Origin: Mobula hypostoma
Taxonomy: Eukaryota
Length of the DNA: 64,000 bases
NCBI RefSeq assembly: GCF_963921235.1
Contig: NC_086118.1
Coordinates: 54,312,001-54,376,000 of the forward strand
Reading direction: 5' to 3'
The notes beneath the pieces were generated by a model. That model made no database searches. It saw only the letters and a list, made by a program, of their open reading frames with translations, and was not told the DNA's origin. This document shows positions 41,031 to 55,215 of the stretch, piece after piece; the stretch's first letter is position 1, and each line of letters starts with the position of its first letter. The position numbers and the translations under genes were made by a program.

Positions 41031-41868
41031 TTTTATAAAATTATAAAAGGGCTTGAAAGCACAGTCATAAAAGTGCAGTTTCCACTCGTGTGGGGAGTGA
41101 AATATTAAATTATTAAAGAGAAAACATTCACCAATAAATCTAGAAGGGAATATTTACATGTAGAAACATGAAAGTATAAAGCAGAGATCTACTTAAGAGG
41201 AAGTCAAATAAGAATGTGAGACAGAATGAATCAAAAAAATCTGGTAAACATTTTAGATATGAGAAGAATGCATGCCAGTAATTAAAGAAATTAAAAATAT
41301 CAGCATGTTGGTCCAAATCACTGATGGCTCATTTATAGATTGTCTATAAAATATAATGTCAAATGTCTTTATTCACTTACATTGACCTACTTTAAAGTCT
41401 ATTTTCTGACACAGATTCATCCTACAGTAATAAAATCTGTTCCTGTCGAGGCTTGCCTAAACTGTTGCTTTCCGCCTCATTTCTAACAACAAAATCAGTT
41501 CTATCGGGTGCGAAGAAACTAACTGAATGACACAGTGCAATAACGACTAGGAACCATGGGAACCATGAATCAATTGGAAGAAACATCTGGGCATTGCACC
41601 TTGCCTATTATCACCACTGCTTTACATGAGAACAAATGTTCAGAAGTCTAAAAAGGGAAACTCAAAGCCCAACAGCATGAAGAAATGGGCACAAGGAGAT
41701 CAAGAAAATAAAACTATCCTCGTAATTTCAAAACAATGTAAACACACCAACAGCCATTTAAAACAAAAAACATATAAACAGGAACTAGTGTAATATTTTT
41801 CAAAGATTTTAATTATAGGCATGAAGTCCTTGGTGACCATCTTTTGCGATGTTTAATTTCTGGAACTA

Positions 41869-42120
<252 letters not shown>

Positions 42121-42706
42121 TTAATTTTGCTAATAGTGGGGAGGGGTGCACTTTGAGACAAAAGTGGTTAAGGTTTTTGGCACCTAATATTTTGTTCTTC
42201 CAGATCAAGTATAGGCACAATAAAAAGTGCACTTTCATTGTCCCTCTCTCAAATTTTTCTATAAGGCCAAATGGAAATTGCTCAAGAAAGTACCAGTGTC
42301 CTAGATGATACAATCAATCTTTAGCTTCAACCAGCCGACAATTCCTCTGAGCTATTACGGTGGCGATTAGATGCTTAGGCACCTTGCTAGTGTGTATTCA
42401 TAGGAAAATAATTCCATCACATTCCATTAAATATATATTAGCTAGACCTTAAACTCTGAACCTCTCTCCAAGTCATTAAAACCTTCCTCCATGCTTGATT
42501 CTAAGTTTTTTCTGAAGTTATTCCTGCAAAATGTTGGCCCTTTTTACTCTGTTAATATCATAACAAATGTAAAATATATTAAGTGCGGCAACTTCCTCAA
42601 GGACCTGCTGAGTCTTTCATTGTGGGCTAAAATTCTTCCCCTTAACATCCTCAGAAACCAATATCATCCCCTTTGAAACGATTTTCCCCGATGCGTTTTT
42701 ACAAAC

Positions 42707-42838
42707 CTTGCCAAAACTTCCTTTGCCCAACACCATTAAGAAGTTGAAGTCTGATATATTCACATGGTCCAAATTATTTGATGGCGAACTTGCTTTCTTT
42801 TCAATCACCTTTTTACCAGCTGGTCCAAGTTTGGCTTT
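42707..42838 (-). CDS. PRKCA: PKC alpha exon 9 (hinge plus Gly-rich loop: KAKLGPAGKKVIEKKASSPSNNLDHVNISDFNFLMVLGKGSFGK)
   Basis: Acceptor caatag|AAA, donor AAG|gtttgt, 132 bp, phase 0-0. GxGxxG motif present. Confidence 0.95.
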
Positions 42839-45299
42839 CTATTGGAAACATAAAGGAAGAATATAACTTTAATATCGCTGGCTTGTGGAATACTATGTGT
42901 AGTTCTTGCACTGAAGTAAATACATGAATGGATTCTGACAATTCAAGCAATGGGTTCATACAGCACCATACTGCCATGGAATCCTACCTTCTCCAGGGAG
43001 GTTCTTGTACAGAATAGCTAAAAGACCAAGTAGGATGTCATTGTGACACCTCCGTTTGCTTTTGTTTTATGCTTCCTTCTGAGTAATACTGAAAGCTCCA
43101 ACCTGTGCTGGAAATGCAAGATAGAAGGCTCTACAATACCTTTAAATACATGAGCCCAAAAAGATCAGATCAGTAGGCTGCTGTACTTCAGAGGGCATCA
43201 TTGCTGGGCCTGAACCTGCCTTTTGTTAGACCATGGAGATACTTTGAATGTGGAAGCTAGTGAAAACAGATGGGCAGCAGGAACCCTGCCTGCTTCCCCA
43301 CACTGGAATCACGGGATGTTGAAGCCAATTCTGGTGGAAGTATTGCAATGTTAGCTGGAGATCAACTTATCATCACAGACCAGCATGTTGATCTGCACAG
43401 CTTATGTGACACAGATTAATATTTCTTCAAATACTTGAACAGGAGGTTCCTCGCACATCACAGAGAAAACCCAATCCTGTGCAGTTGAAAATAGGTTGAA
43501 CCAATACTGCATCCTTTTTCAGGCTTTAGCGTCCAGCAAGAGGTACAATTACTGACTTCCAGGCAGGAATTTTGTCAGCATGAGAAATATAGTTATTGCA
43601 CTAAGCTCTACAAAATGCCATTAACAATAATACAATGCCTAATATTCACTGCAAATGTATAGTTCTGATCTTCATAAATGGTAGTTATCTTGATGTCCCA
43701 CGGTCTGAAAGAAGCTATAGGTTATAGCAGCTATTCATGAAGCAGAAATGTTCTTTTGGAACTAGAACAGTATTGCTTGTATTCTGCATATTTTCCTTCC
43801 TCCCAAGGTCACAGCTGCATGGCTAAGTGTTGGTTGCTGCGTGATTCTGCAGATCAAAACAACCGCGTACACTGAAACTGGCAGCAAAACCATGCAATTT
43901 TCAAGAAAAATTTAATCTATATGTAACTTTAGGGTGTTACAGTAGACTGTTAGGGTTGCATATAATGCTGCTCTAATAATATCTAAAAAGTAGGAGTGCT
44001 GAGCTTATGAGTTTTAATCAGGTTAATTTGTTTATTACGTGTTTGGAAGAACGATATGTTAATGTAATTGCAAGTTTTAAATTAACTCCAAGATAAAAAC
44101 ATTTTATAAAATGTCATTTAAATACCCTTTAAAATCCAAAGTTTCCTTTAGCCCTGTAAGAAGACTTGAGTGTTTACAACATAAACCGGGTCTGGGTCAG
44201 ACCTTGCCATTGGAAAAGAAAAACCTCCAAAACTGACCAGCATAAGGCTGCTTATTTTTTTTTATTAGTATTTCAACAGTGACAATTGATTTTTCATGCA
44301 ATGAAACCAGATTAAATGAAAATTCTGGGTCATGGTTTGCTGGGGAGCACCAAGAAATTGATGAGGAAAGTTAAATATGAGAGTAATCTGATGAGAAACG
44401 TAAAAACAAACTATTAAATCCTTTCTACTGAAGTAAAAAAAAAATTTCCAAAGTTAGATAGGTTTGAACACTATAAGGAAAAAGCTAAGAAGTTAAACAA
44501 AATTTCCTGGAAATAGCAGAGAGCAACATGTTTAGAGTGGATGAAGAGCTGAAGAAAATAAAAACATTTTGGAAATTAATGGGATGGGAGGTTAATAAGT
44601 TACCAGGAACTGATGACCCATAGTCTGAAAGAAGTGACAATGGAGATGGCGGGGACAATGGCTGACATCTTCCAAAGTTCCTGAGACTCTAGAATGGTTC
44701 CCATAAAATGGAAAGTTACAAATGTAACCTCATCGTTTAACAACACAGATCAGAGCAGTCAGCCTGACCTCAAAAGTAGGAAAAATATTAGAATCGATTA
44801 CTATGGAACTGGCAATGAAAATGCACAGTGTCAACGTAGATTGGAGTAGCCTAATAGATAAAGGGGAACCAATGACGTGTTTAAAATTCAGAGGTTTTTA
44901 AACAAAATTAGAGCACACACAAACAGGACACTGTACTGGCAGTAATTGAGGACTGGTTGATAGACAGTAAACAGAGCTAGAACAGATAAATGGGAGATGT
45001 TTGGGCTGGGAAGCTGGTGTTGACTGATATCACAGCCAGTCTTTACCATGGTATGACTTTTCTTCACTCACCCCTACACCCTGATTCTGAAAACCTATTA
45101 ATCCCCGAGACTGTGCCTCCCGAGTTGCAAAGATTTATCACCTTCTGGGTGAAGAAATTTCTTCTCATCTGTCTGTCCTGAACGGCCAATCTCTTATTTT
45201 TGTCACTTTTGGTTCCACATACCTCAGGCAAGAGGAACATCAAATTTTACCTTGTTCTTCTACACTCAAGGCCAGGGTACCAGCCAGGTCTGTCTCATT

Positions 45300-45378
45300 C
45301 AGTGGTTCCCAGCCTGGGATACACCGACCCCTTTGTTAACAGTAGAGATCCATGACATAGAAAGGTTAGAAACTCCTG
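45300..45378 (+). mobile_element. Small hAT MITE (about 79 bp)
   Basis: Termini cagtggttcccagcct / aggttagaaactcctg with a degenerate 8-bp TSD (gtctcatt / gcctaatc). Confidence 0.6.
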
Positions 45379-45429
45379 GCCTAATCTCTCCTTGTGACAA
45401 AGCAAGGCAGAACAATGGATCCTGTCTAT

Positions 45430-46810
45430 ATGGACTTTGACAAGGTCCTGGAAGATTACATAGCATGGAATTCAGGGGGCTCTAGTGAGGTGGATTCAGA
45501 ATTTGCTGAATGATAGAAAGCAGAGGATAATGGTTGAAGCTCGATTTTCCGACTGGAGTTTTGTGATTAGTGGGGTGTCCGGGGGCAATTGTTGGGATCT
45601 CTGTTATTCATTATATATGTAAATGATTTGGATGTGAATGTAGATGACGCAATTGGCAAGTTTGCCAGTGATACTAAATAAAGTATCTTGAAAAACTTGT
45701 TGATATTGAAGTAAGTTACAAAGAATTGCAAAGCAATCTTGATCATTTAGGGAGATAGGCTGAGGAATGGCAGATTGATTTCAGCTAAGGCAAGTGTGAG
45801 GTGATGTATTTTGGATATTTAAACTAGGCCAGGACTTGTACAGTGAATGGCAAGGACTGGGAAATGTTGTGAAACAGAGGGACTTGGGAGTACAACTATA
45901 GAGTATGTTGGAAGTCACTGCACAAGGGGACAGAATGGTGAAGAAGGTGTTGAGCATGCTGGCCTTTATCAGTCAGGGCATTGACTTTAGGAGTAGCGAC
46001 CTTATGTTGCAGTTATATAAATCAGTGGTGAGGCCACACTTGGAGCATCTCAGGGCACATCCTGATGAATTTTTACTCAGCCATCATTGAGTGTTGTGAC
46101 CAACTCTATCACTGTTTGGTTTCCTGCTGCCTCCTCCCTCTCCAGGCAGCGAGCGGTCCACTCAGTGGGGAAGATCATTGGCCGTCACCTACTGACATTA
46201 GAAGATCTGTTCATCGCTAGAGTAAAGAAAAGAGCTGAAAATAGTCACCTATTCACTAAACTGATGTCAGGGAGATGCTACAAGTCCATCACCATCAGGG
46301 CTATATGTCATCTCCAAAGCTTCTTTCCTGTAGCTAACCAGGCTCTCAAAATTCACTCTGGTGTAATACTCCAACTGTCCCCGCACAACATTAAATAGTC
46401 TTTCCTACTCTCCTTGTTCTATTCATATGTTCACATTTATTCAAGTTTGATTATTGACATTTGCACATGTGACCATTCTGCTAATTGTTAATTCCTCATG
46501 GATGTTTTGCACTTTATCTTGTAAATTGTTGGTTGCTATTGTGTTGTCTGTTATGGTATTGTACTGTTTAAGAGACACGTGAAAGGTCACTTCTTTACAC
46601 AGAAGGTAGGAATGCCTGGAATGAACTACCAGAGGAAGTAGTTGAGGCAGTATTTAAGAGGCACTTGGATAGGTACATGGAAGGGAAGGTCTTGGAGGGT
46701 TATGGGCTGAAAACGGGCAACTGCAACTGGCAGGGAGGATGCTGTGGTTGATATAGACCAGCAGGGCTGAAGGGCCTTCTTTTGTGCTGTATTACTCCGT
46801 GACTCTATGG
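45430..46810 (+). mobile_element. CR1 fragment with a nested Rex/Babar-like piece (about 46050-46570)
   Basis: LYKSVVRPHLEH (CR1), then SITVWF..HLF..L.SGR.Y (Rex-like), then the CR1 tail resumes. Confidence 0.7.
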
Positions 46811-49049
46811 CACTTCCATTCTTGCAGCTGACTTCTCCTAACCCCCTAATTGCCTCAGAAACAAGATCATTTGACCAGCAGTGATGAAGATCCCACTCTC
46901 TAAATCGTATCTAACTTACACGATCATCACTCTAAACCTCAGGCCCTAAACCTTCTTAAGACTGATCCTTCCTTCCCAAACTGGCTACTTACCTACCCTG
47001 GCAATATCAGGTCCTGATCTTCGGTTTCTAACCATTGCTTTTAACCCCAACGTTTCAGATATGACATACATATCTAAAAGTCTTTCAGTCTCTTACTTAC
47101 CTTGATGATACAACCTGAGGCCTTGATGCCCATCAAATTCCATTAAACCCCAACATACAGTGTCAGTCTCAGATGATGCACTTTCCAAAATAGAAGAATG
47201 CAACACAGCAGAGGGTTCATGAACAAGAGATTCAATGACTCTCCACTGAACAATAGAATTTATAGTCTGACAGATCTCAGAGCTTAACTGGGTTAAGGAA
47301 AATTAGCGGTTCCTGTGTCAACTCAAATTCTATAGCTGCCAGAGACAATGGTTCTGAATGACTAATATTTTAATTCTAGTCTGAGCAATGTGTTATATCT
47401 ACAACAAATTCCCTTGTGATGCAATGAACCTCTCACTCAATCTGCCACCTCTTGAAAATTACCAAGCAGTGCGCTAGAACAAAGACTTTTGTTTTAAAAG
47501 TTGATACAAAACCATAAGATAGATATGCTGCAGCTAGAGTATAAGGTCAAAGGGCCTGGGTTTCCAGCTGAACAACACAAAGAACCAAGGTTTTTCAGCA
47601 ACCAGAATGCTTGCAACTTTGCAAGCTCTGCTTCTGAACTATCATGTTCTCAATTCCTGTACATGGTCATTGTGGGAGAGACACCATGCATGTGAAGGAA
47701 AAGTTTAGCTTGCTATTTTAATAGCAGAGGGCAGTGAATCACTGGTCTCAGACAAATCACAAAAGGCTAAGTTAAGTTATTAGATTGGGTTGGAGTGGTC
47801 AGAGTAGGAGGAATTTGAGGTGATGCTTGTTTTCCAACCATTGACATGCCAGTGGAAGGGTGTGTAGAATGTGAATCATTTTGTCAAGAGCAGCCAGCTA
47901 TCGAGAGTGCAGTGAGAAACCGCTAACATTTCAAGTATGTTGGGAAGTGGGCTGTTAAATCACAGAGCTGCACAGTTAGCAACGTTGACCTTGTATTTCA
48001 GCAAGTTCCCAAAGATGCGCACACTTTGGTTGAAGTGAACAGGACTTGGTAGGACATATCCAACAGGTAATAGTGAAGAAATAAACTCTATTCTCCAACC
48101 TGAAGATAGAGGTATGGTGAGGGAGTATCGGTGCAGGCTGGCAGCTGCAGAAGCAATGCATCAAAAGCACATAACCAACAGCAGCAGGAATGGACCTTGG
48201 GGCCACTCAGAACTACTCTACCCATCAATCAGAACTAATCTATTAATCACATATCCTTCAAAGCCTTTCATATCCAAAATCCATCAGACCCTGTCTTGAT
48301 CAAACATCCTCAGTCCTCTTGTGTAGGGTATTCCTAACAAAAACTTCTCATCCTGAATAGCCAACTCTTGTTCTGAGATGGTGGCCCTCATTTTTAAATA
48401 CCCCAGCAAAGGAAAACATCATCCTGAACTCAGATAAAAATAAAGTGTTCCAAATACTCAGCAAGTCAGTCATCATCTGTGGAGGGAGAAAATGAGTTAT
48501 CATTAATTACATCTCAATTAACTTACTTCTACTCTATCCCCATTGGATTTTGTTATGTTTAATTAAATCACCTGACATCCTTCTAAATACAAGAGACCTA
48601 TTGTGCTCAGATTTGACCCATTTATCCTCATTGAGCAATCTCCTAATTCGGAGAATTAATCTGGTGAACTTTTGCCACGTTCCCTTTATCTCACCCATCT
48701 GTTTTCTTGGGTCAGAAGACCAGAGCAGATACACAATACAGCAGTATTGCAAGTGTGTTCTCACCAGGGTTCTTATTACAATAAGACATTTTTGCTCTTT
48801 TACTTAGAGTTCCCTTACAAGAAAGGCCAGCTAGAGTTTGGCTTCCTGATGCCTTGCTGTATTTGAACATCAACAGGACAAGTTGCGATTCACTGTGTGC
48901 TATTAACGTAAAGGTCTTGGTACAAACAAACCTGTTTGAATTGATTTGTTTTCCTATATTAACTATTTTTTATTCAAGGATATAATAGAAGTATTCCATT
49001 ATCATTGCTGAACTTTAGAAATTCAGTTTGCCATTTATCTTGTGTTCCC

Positions 49050-49068
49050 ACGCTGCCCTCTGGTGGTC
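49050..49068 (-). promoter_or_regulatory. Consensus CTCF core motif in intron 8
   Basis: Minus strand GACCACCAGAGGGCAGCGT matches the CCACYAGRGGGCRS core. It lies in sequence I cannot assign to a repeat. Confidence 0.5.
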
Positions 49069-50231
49069 CACTACTGTCATATGGATTGTCATCACCTGCA
49101 GTTAGCTGAAGAGCACAGATGCCACATGACGTTAGTAGATGGCTCTGGAGAAATTCATGAAATATCGGACAATTGCAAGGACAACACAGACTGGTTAGAC
49201 TGCTCTGCCACCTTCAGTATGTGTTTTATCACAGGTGCATAATGCTGCTTAACTCAATCAAAAGGCCAAAATTAAACCCTGGCATAGTACAGTGTCAAAT
49301 AATTCCAATAACAGTGCCACCACTTTGAATCAGTTTCTTGCCTCTACATTTTTAAGGTTTAGGTTCAGTCTAACTGGCACATCAATGTACCAGTTCGGAA
49401 GTTCCCTGAGATTGCTTCACATCTTCAGCCCCAGACTTTGTGCAGATTTTTTCCTTAATTGCCAACCCTACATCCCCATTACAAGAAGTGGAAATGGGTA
49501 AGGCTGGCCGACAGGGCTCTGGTGAAGCTGTCTAACCCAATCCCCTGTACAGCAGATACAACGGATTACAGAAACATGAATGAACTCCTCTGTACCATTG
49601 ACTGGGGGGTGGGGTTCTAACATTTAACTGTCATTCATTCTTTGGTGCACTCCTATGTTTTCATGGATGTTTGCAAAGAAAAAGAATCTCAGGATGTATA
49701 TTGTATACATTCCTCTGACATTAAATGTACCTATTGACTTTGGAGGTCAATGGAGATCGAGGTCATCAGGGGCCTATGCTCCACTGGGAGCCAAGGGCTC
49801 AAGTAAGTAAGTACGTTTTCCCCACTTCAGTGTGAGCTTCCGTGACTTTGCTAAGTTTCCACTTGGTGGAATTCTCTCCTGAAATCGCTGTGCCTCTCTT
49901 TCTCCTACTTTAGGATGCTGTTTAAATCTATCTTCTATGTGGCAAGTTTGCAAGCTTTGTTCAATATTCCCTCCTGTGAAGTATCCTGGGAACTCACTAT
50001 ATTGAAGACACTTTATAAATGCACGTTGACAGAGGTCTGGGTCCTTGAGAAGATACTGAACTGAACCTATTTGCCTGTTCACTCAAGAGAACTAGTGACA
50101 ACATATTGCAACAGCAAATAATACCATTGTCCTTGTCCACCTCAATTCCTCAACTGAGAAACAGTTTAATTATCTGCTCTTCTGTTTACAAGACGTCGTT
50201 GGGATGAGATTTATTACCATGATTGTCTACT

Positions 50232-50922
50232 CAGTGCTACTGGGCCGCGAGGAAACGATATGAGTCAGCTGCGCCTTTCCTCATTCCCTGTCACGCACTG
50301 TTGAACTTGAACATAGGGTTGCTAACTGTCCTGTATTTGCTGGGACATCCCGTATATTGGGCTAAATTGGTTTGTCCCATACGGGACCGCCCTTGTCCCG
50401 TATTTCCCCCGCTAAGGTAGAGCATTCCTATGAAACCTTTCGTGCTGAAATGGCGTAAAGCGAAGAAGCAATTACCATTAATTTATATAGGAAAAATTTT
50501 TGAGTGTTCCCAGACCCAAAAAATAACCTACCAAATCATACCAAATAACACAAAAAACCTAACATATAGTAAAAGCAAGAATGATATGATAAATGCACAG
50601 CCTATATAATATAGAAATAATGTACATACAGTATAGTTGGGAAGATTAGCATGTATGCGCATTCGCACGTCACATATGCGCATGTGCACAGAGGTCTCCG
50701 TGCAAGGCTTCACAGTCATGGTAGTCTTTCCTGGGGTAAAGTGTCCCGGGACTTGACTGCTACTTCTGTCCCTTATTTGGGAGTGAGAAAGTTGGCAACC
50801 CTAACTGTAAAAGACATGTTGAGGTGAGTTTAACCCTACTTGAACACCTCCCCCCCGCCAGTTCGCAAGAATATTGTCAATATTAAACTGGTCCGTAGTG
50901 CAAGAAAGGTTGGGGACCCCTG
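50232..50922 (+). mobile_element. hAT (Charlie-type) MITE containing a second TIR element (50314-50803)
   Basis: Right TIR ggttggggacccctg, left end partly deleted, TSD gtctac(a)t / gtctacat. Inner TIRs tagggttgctaac / gttggcaacccta. Confidence 0.8.
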
Positions 50923-51567
50923 GTCTACATGACAGAAGTAATTGCGTGTCAGAAGAAACTTAGTGGCTGTGAAGTACTTTGACTATTGAGGATGTGGTTG
51001 GGGATAATAATATCCAAGTTGTTTCTTATTTTCACTCTGAGTGCTGACAGGTTCAAAGGCACGGAGAACAGGAAGTTGTGGGTCTACAGTATGTTCAAGA
51101 CCCTGCAACTGTTATCGTAAGCTACTTTAACCCTTCATGTGGCATCATAATTTGAGCCCAGATTTTTGTAACTGTTGGTGAGCGGTGAAGAGATGTGGCT
51201 GTGAAAGTGGATTTGGTGAACACCTTATCAAAGATAAGCAGGAAAACAACAACCATCGAGGTGAACAGGGCAAGAGGGACAGAATTCTGATTGAAGAGCA
51301 GAGTTCCTTAAAGTTAGGCATTCCTGGAGAAATAGCAATGAATTCAAAGTTACTGAAAATAAAAAAAACTGCAGATTCTCCCAGTATCTGCAGTTCTGTT
51401 GATTTTCATTTTTGCCACAGTGAAAAGTACACGATATCTCATATTCAAAGTAAATTTATTATCAAAATATGTATATGTCATCATCTATTACTTTGAGATT
51501 CATTTTCTTGCAGACATTTATAGGACAATATTTTAACATCCTTGGTTTAACATCTAAGCATACCATG

Positions 51568-52113
51568 TACCATTCCCATTCTGATATGTCTATCCATGGC
51601 CGCCTCTACTGTGAAGATGAAGCCACGCTCATGTTGGAGGCACAACACCTTCTATTCCATCTGGGTAGCCTCCAACCTGATGGCATGAACAATGACTTTT
51701 CTAACTTCCGTTAATGCCCCTCCTCCCGTTCTTACCCCATCCCTTATTTATTTATTTTTCCCCTTTTTTTCCTCTCTCTGTCCCTCTCACAATAACCCCT
51801 TGCCTGCTCTCCATCTTCCTCTGGTGCTCCCCTCCCCCTTTCTTTCTCCCTAGACCTCCCAACCCATGATCCTCTCCCTTCTCCAGCCTTGTACCCCTTT
51901 TGCCAATCAACTTTCCAGCTCTTAGCTTTATCCCTCTCCCTCCCCCTCCCACTTTCAAATCTCTTACTATCTCTTCTTCCAGTTAGTCCTGACAAAGGGT
52001 CTTGGCCTGAAACATCGACTGTGCTTCTTCCTATAGATGCTGTCTGGCCTGCTGCGTTCCACCAGCATTTTGTGTGTGTTGCTTGAATTTCCAGCATCTG
52101 CAGATTTCCTCGT
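51568..52113 (+). mobile_element. Penelope 3' fragment (GIY-YIG C-terminus plus pLTR) with a decayed hammerhead at 51985-52020
   Basis: HSHSDMSIHG...LGSLQPDGMNNDFSNFR*. Hammerhead reads AGTC CTGACAA...GAAACATC GACT (G8 to A). Confidence 0.85.
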
Positions 52114-52124
52114 GATTGTATCCA

Positions 52125-55100
52125 AGCATACACATTGTTTCAAAAGGACAGGCAGGTAGGCAGAGAGGGTGAGTTGGTTCTATTATAAAAATGACATCAA
52201 ATCCTTAGAAAGAGGTGGATTGGCCAGAAGCTTGAGGTAAAGGAAACTTGAGGAGCCAGTGATCATAATATGATAGAATTCACCCTGCGGTTTGAGGGGG
52301 AGAAACTAAAGTCAGATATATCAGTATTATAGTGAAGTAAAGGGAATTACAATGGGATGAGAGAGGAACTGGCCAAAGTTGATTGGAAGGGGACACCAGC
52401 AGGGATGATGATAAAACAGCTGGAGGGCTGGAGTTTCCGAGAGCAATTTGGAAGGTGCAGGATAGATACATCCCAAAAAAGAAATATTCTAAAGGGAAGA
52501 TGATGCAACTTGGCTGACAGGGGAAGTCAAATACATCATAAAAGCATAATAGTAACTTATTTATAGAGCACTTTTCATACAGTCGATGTAGTTCAAAGTG
52601 ACTTACAAAGGGATAAGATGCAAATATAAAAATAAAAGACAAATAAATGTTAGTTAAAAGCAAGGTTAAATAAATAGCTTTTAGGCTATTGTTTAAAATT
52701 TTCAGCTACATCTGCATCACTTATAGTTTTACATATTGAGTTTCACAGTTTAGGACCGTAGTTTAAAAAGGCTGACTGACTGGCAAATCATCTTTTGAGA
52801 GAAATTGTTTAAATTTAAGAGGCCAGAAAAAGGAGACCTGAGAACTCAAACAAATGAAAGCAATTCTGTGATGTACTCCGGTCCCAGACAATTGAGAGCT
52901 TTAAAAACAAAAGAACTTTAAAAACAATTCTAAAAGATAAGGAAGGCAATGCAGATTACCTAGGACTGAAGTGATATGTTTCCTCATTCTGCTTTTAGCT
53001 AAAAGTCTAGCAGCAGCATTCTGAATGAGCTGAAGTTTGTCAATAGATTACTTTGGAAGGCCAGCAAAAAGTGCATTGCAGCAATCTATTCAATAAAAAG
53101 GTGTGAATTAGTTTTTCAGCATCATTACGTGACAGAAACTGACTTACCGTTGCAATATTTCTTAAGTGAGAAATGCTGCTCTGGTCACTTTATGAGGGAT
53201 TTAAAATTCAAATCTGAATCAAGGATAACACCTAGGAATGTTAATTCTAATTTTACAAGAGAAGCCAAACATTCAATTTATCAAAAAGTTTATCAAAAGA
53301 GAGGGCATTTAAGATAGGAAAAATTAGTGGGAAATTCAAAGGATTGGGAAGCTTTTAAAAAACAACAGAAGGCAACTAAAAACAGGAGAGAAAAGATGAA
53401 ATACGAAGGTAAGCTAGCCAACAGTATAAAAGAGGATACAAAATGTTTTTTTTCAGATATATAAAGTGTAAAAGAAAGGTGAGAGTTGACATTGGACGGA
53501 TGGAAATTGATGCTGGGGAGGCAGTAATGGGGAACAAGGAAATGGTGGATGCACTTAATAAGTATTTTGCATCAATATTCACTGTGGAAGACACTAGTAG
53601 TATGCCAGAAGTTCAAGTACCAGGGCAGAAATGAATGTAGTTGCTATTACTAAGGAGAAGGTGCTTGGGAAGCTGAAAGGACTGAAGGTAAATAAGTCAC
53701 CTGAACCAGATGGACTACGCTCTAGGGTTCTGAAAGATAGCTGAAGAGACTGTAAAGGCATTAGTAGTGACCTTTCACGAATCACTAGATTTTGGGATGT
53801 TTCTGGAGGACTGGAAAGTGCAAATGTCACTCCACTCTAAGAAGGGAGGGAGACAGAAGAAGAGAAATTATAGGCCTGTAAGGCTGACTTCAGTAGCTGG
53901 AAGGACCTTGAAGTGCATTATCAAGGATGAGGTTTCAGGGTACATAGAGGCACATGATAAAATAAGCCAAAGTGGGCATGGTTTCCTTAAGGGGAATTCT
54001 GTTAAATTCTTTGAGGAAATAATAGGCAGGATAGACAAAGGAGAGTTGGTGGATGTCATATACCTGTATTTTGGGAAGGCCTTTGACAAGGTGGTGCACG
54101 AGGCTGTTTAACAAGATAAGAGCCCACGACATTACAGGAAAGATACTAGCAAGGACAGAAGATTGGCTGACTGGCAGGAGACAAAGAGGGAGAATACAGG
54201 GGACTTCTTCTGGTTGGCTTCAGTGACTAGTGGTGCTCCGCTTCTTTTCCTGTTGCGTGTCAATCAATTGGATGATGGAATTGAAGGCTTTGTGGCCAAG
54301 TTTGTGGATAATACAAAGTCAGATGGAGGGGCAGGTAGTGTTGAGGAAGCAGCGAGTCTGCAGAAGGACTTAAACAGATTAGGAGAATGGACAAAGAAGT
54401 GGCTGGTGGAATATACTGTAGGGGAATATATGGTCATTCACTTTGGTAGAAGGAATAAAGGCATAAACAGAGGAATTAAAAAATAATTGTAAAAGGATTT
54501 GAGAATCCTCATGCAAGATTGCTTAAGCGTTAACTTGCAGGTTGAATCAATGGTAAGGAAGGCAAATGCAATGTTAGCACTCATTTTGAAAAGAATGGGA
54601 TATAAAAGTAAGGATGTAATGCTGAGGCTTTATAAGGCATCGGTCAGACTGCACTCGGAGTATTGAGAGTAGCTTTTGGCCCCTTACCTATGAAAAGATG
54701 TGCTGGCATTGGAGAGGGTCCAGGGAGGTACATGAGAATGATTCCAGGAATGAAAGGGTTAATGCACAAGGACAGTTTGATGGCTCCAGATCTGTACTCA
54801 CTGAAGTTTAGAAGAATGGGGGGGGGAGGAGGGGAGACATTGAAACCTATTGAGTATTGAAAGGCCAAGATAGAATGGAGTGGGGAATATGTTTCCGATT
54901 GTGGGTGAGTCTAGGACCAGTGGACACAGTCTCATAATCCAAGGACATTCCTTTAGAACAGAAATGAGGGGGAATTTCTTTAGCCGGAAGGTGGTGAATC
55001 TGTGGAATTCATTGCCATGGATGGCTGCGGAGGCCAAATCATTGGATATATTTAAAGCAGAGGTTGATAGGTTCCTGTTTAGGTAGGGCGTCAAAGGTTA

Positions 55101-55215
55101 CGGGGAGAAGCTAGAGAAGAAGGTAGAAAAAGATAATAAATCAGCCATAATGAAATGGTGGAGCAGACTTGACAGGCCAAACGGCCTGATTCTACTCCCA
55201 TGTGCAGTGGTCTTA
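52125..55215 (+). mobile_element. Long CR1 fragment (ORF2 RT region to 3' tail) split by an L2
   Basis: KKGGRQKKRNYRPV.LTSV, DVIYLYFGKAFDKV, AKFVDNTK, LGEWTKKW and NLWNSLP remnants. Confidence 0.85.
52547..53293 (-). mobile_element. L2 LINE 3' fragment nested in CR1
   Basis: Minus-strand LGVILDSDLNF..CNALFAGLP..KLQLIQNAAARLL remnants and the L2 tail (aagtgctctataaataa). CR1 is continuous across the insertion (ataaaagc | aaaagagagggcat). Confidence 0.8.
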
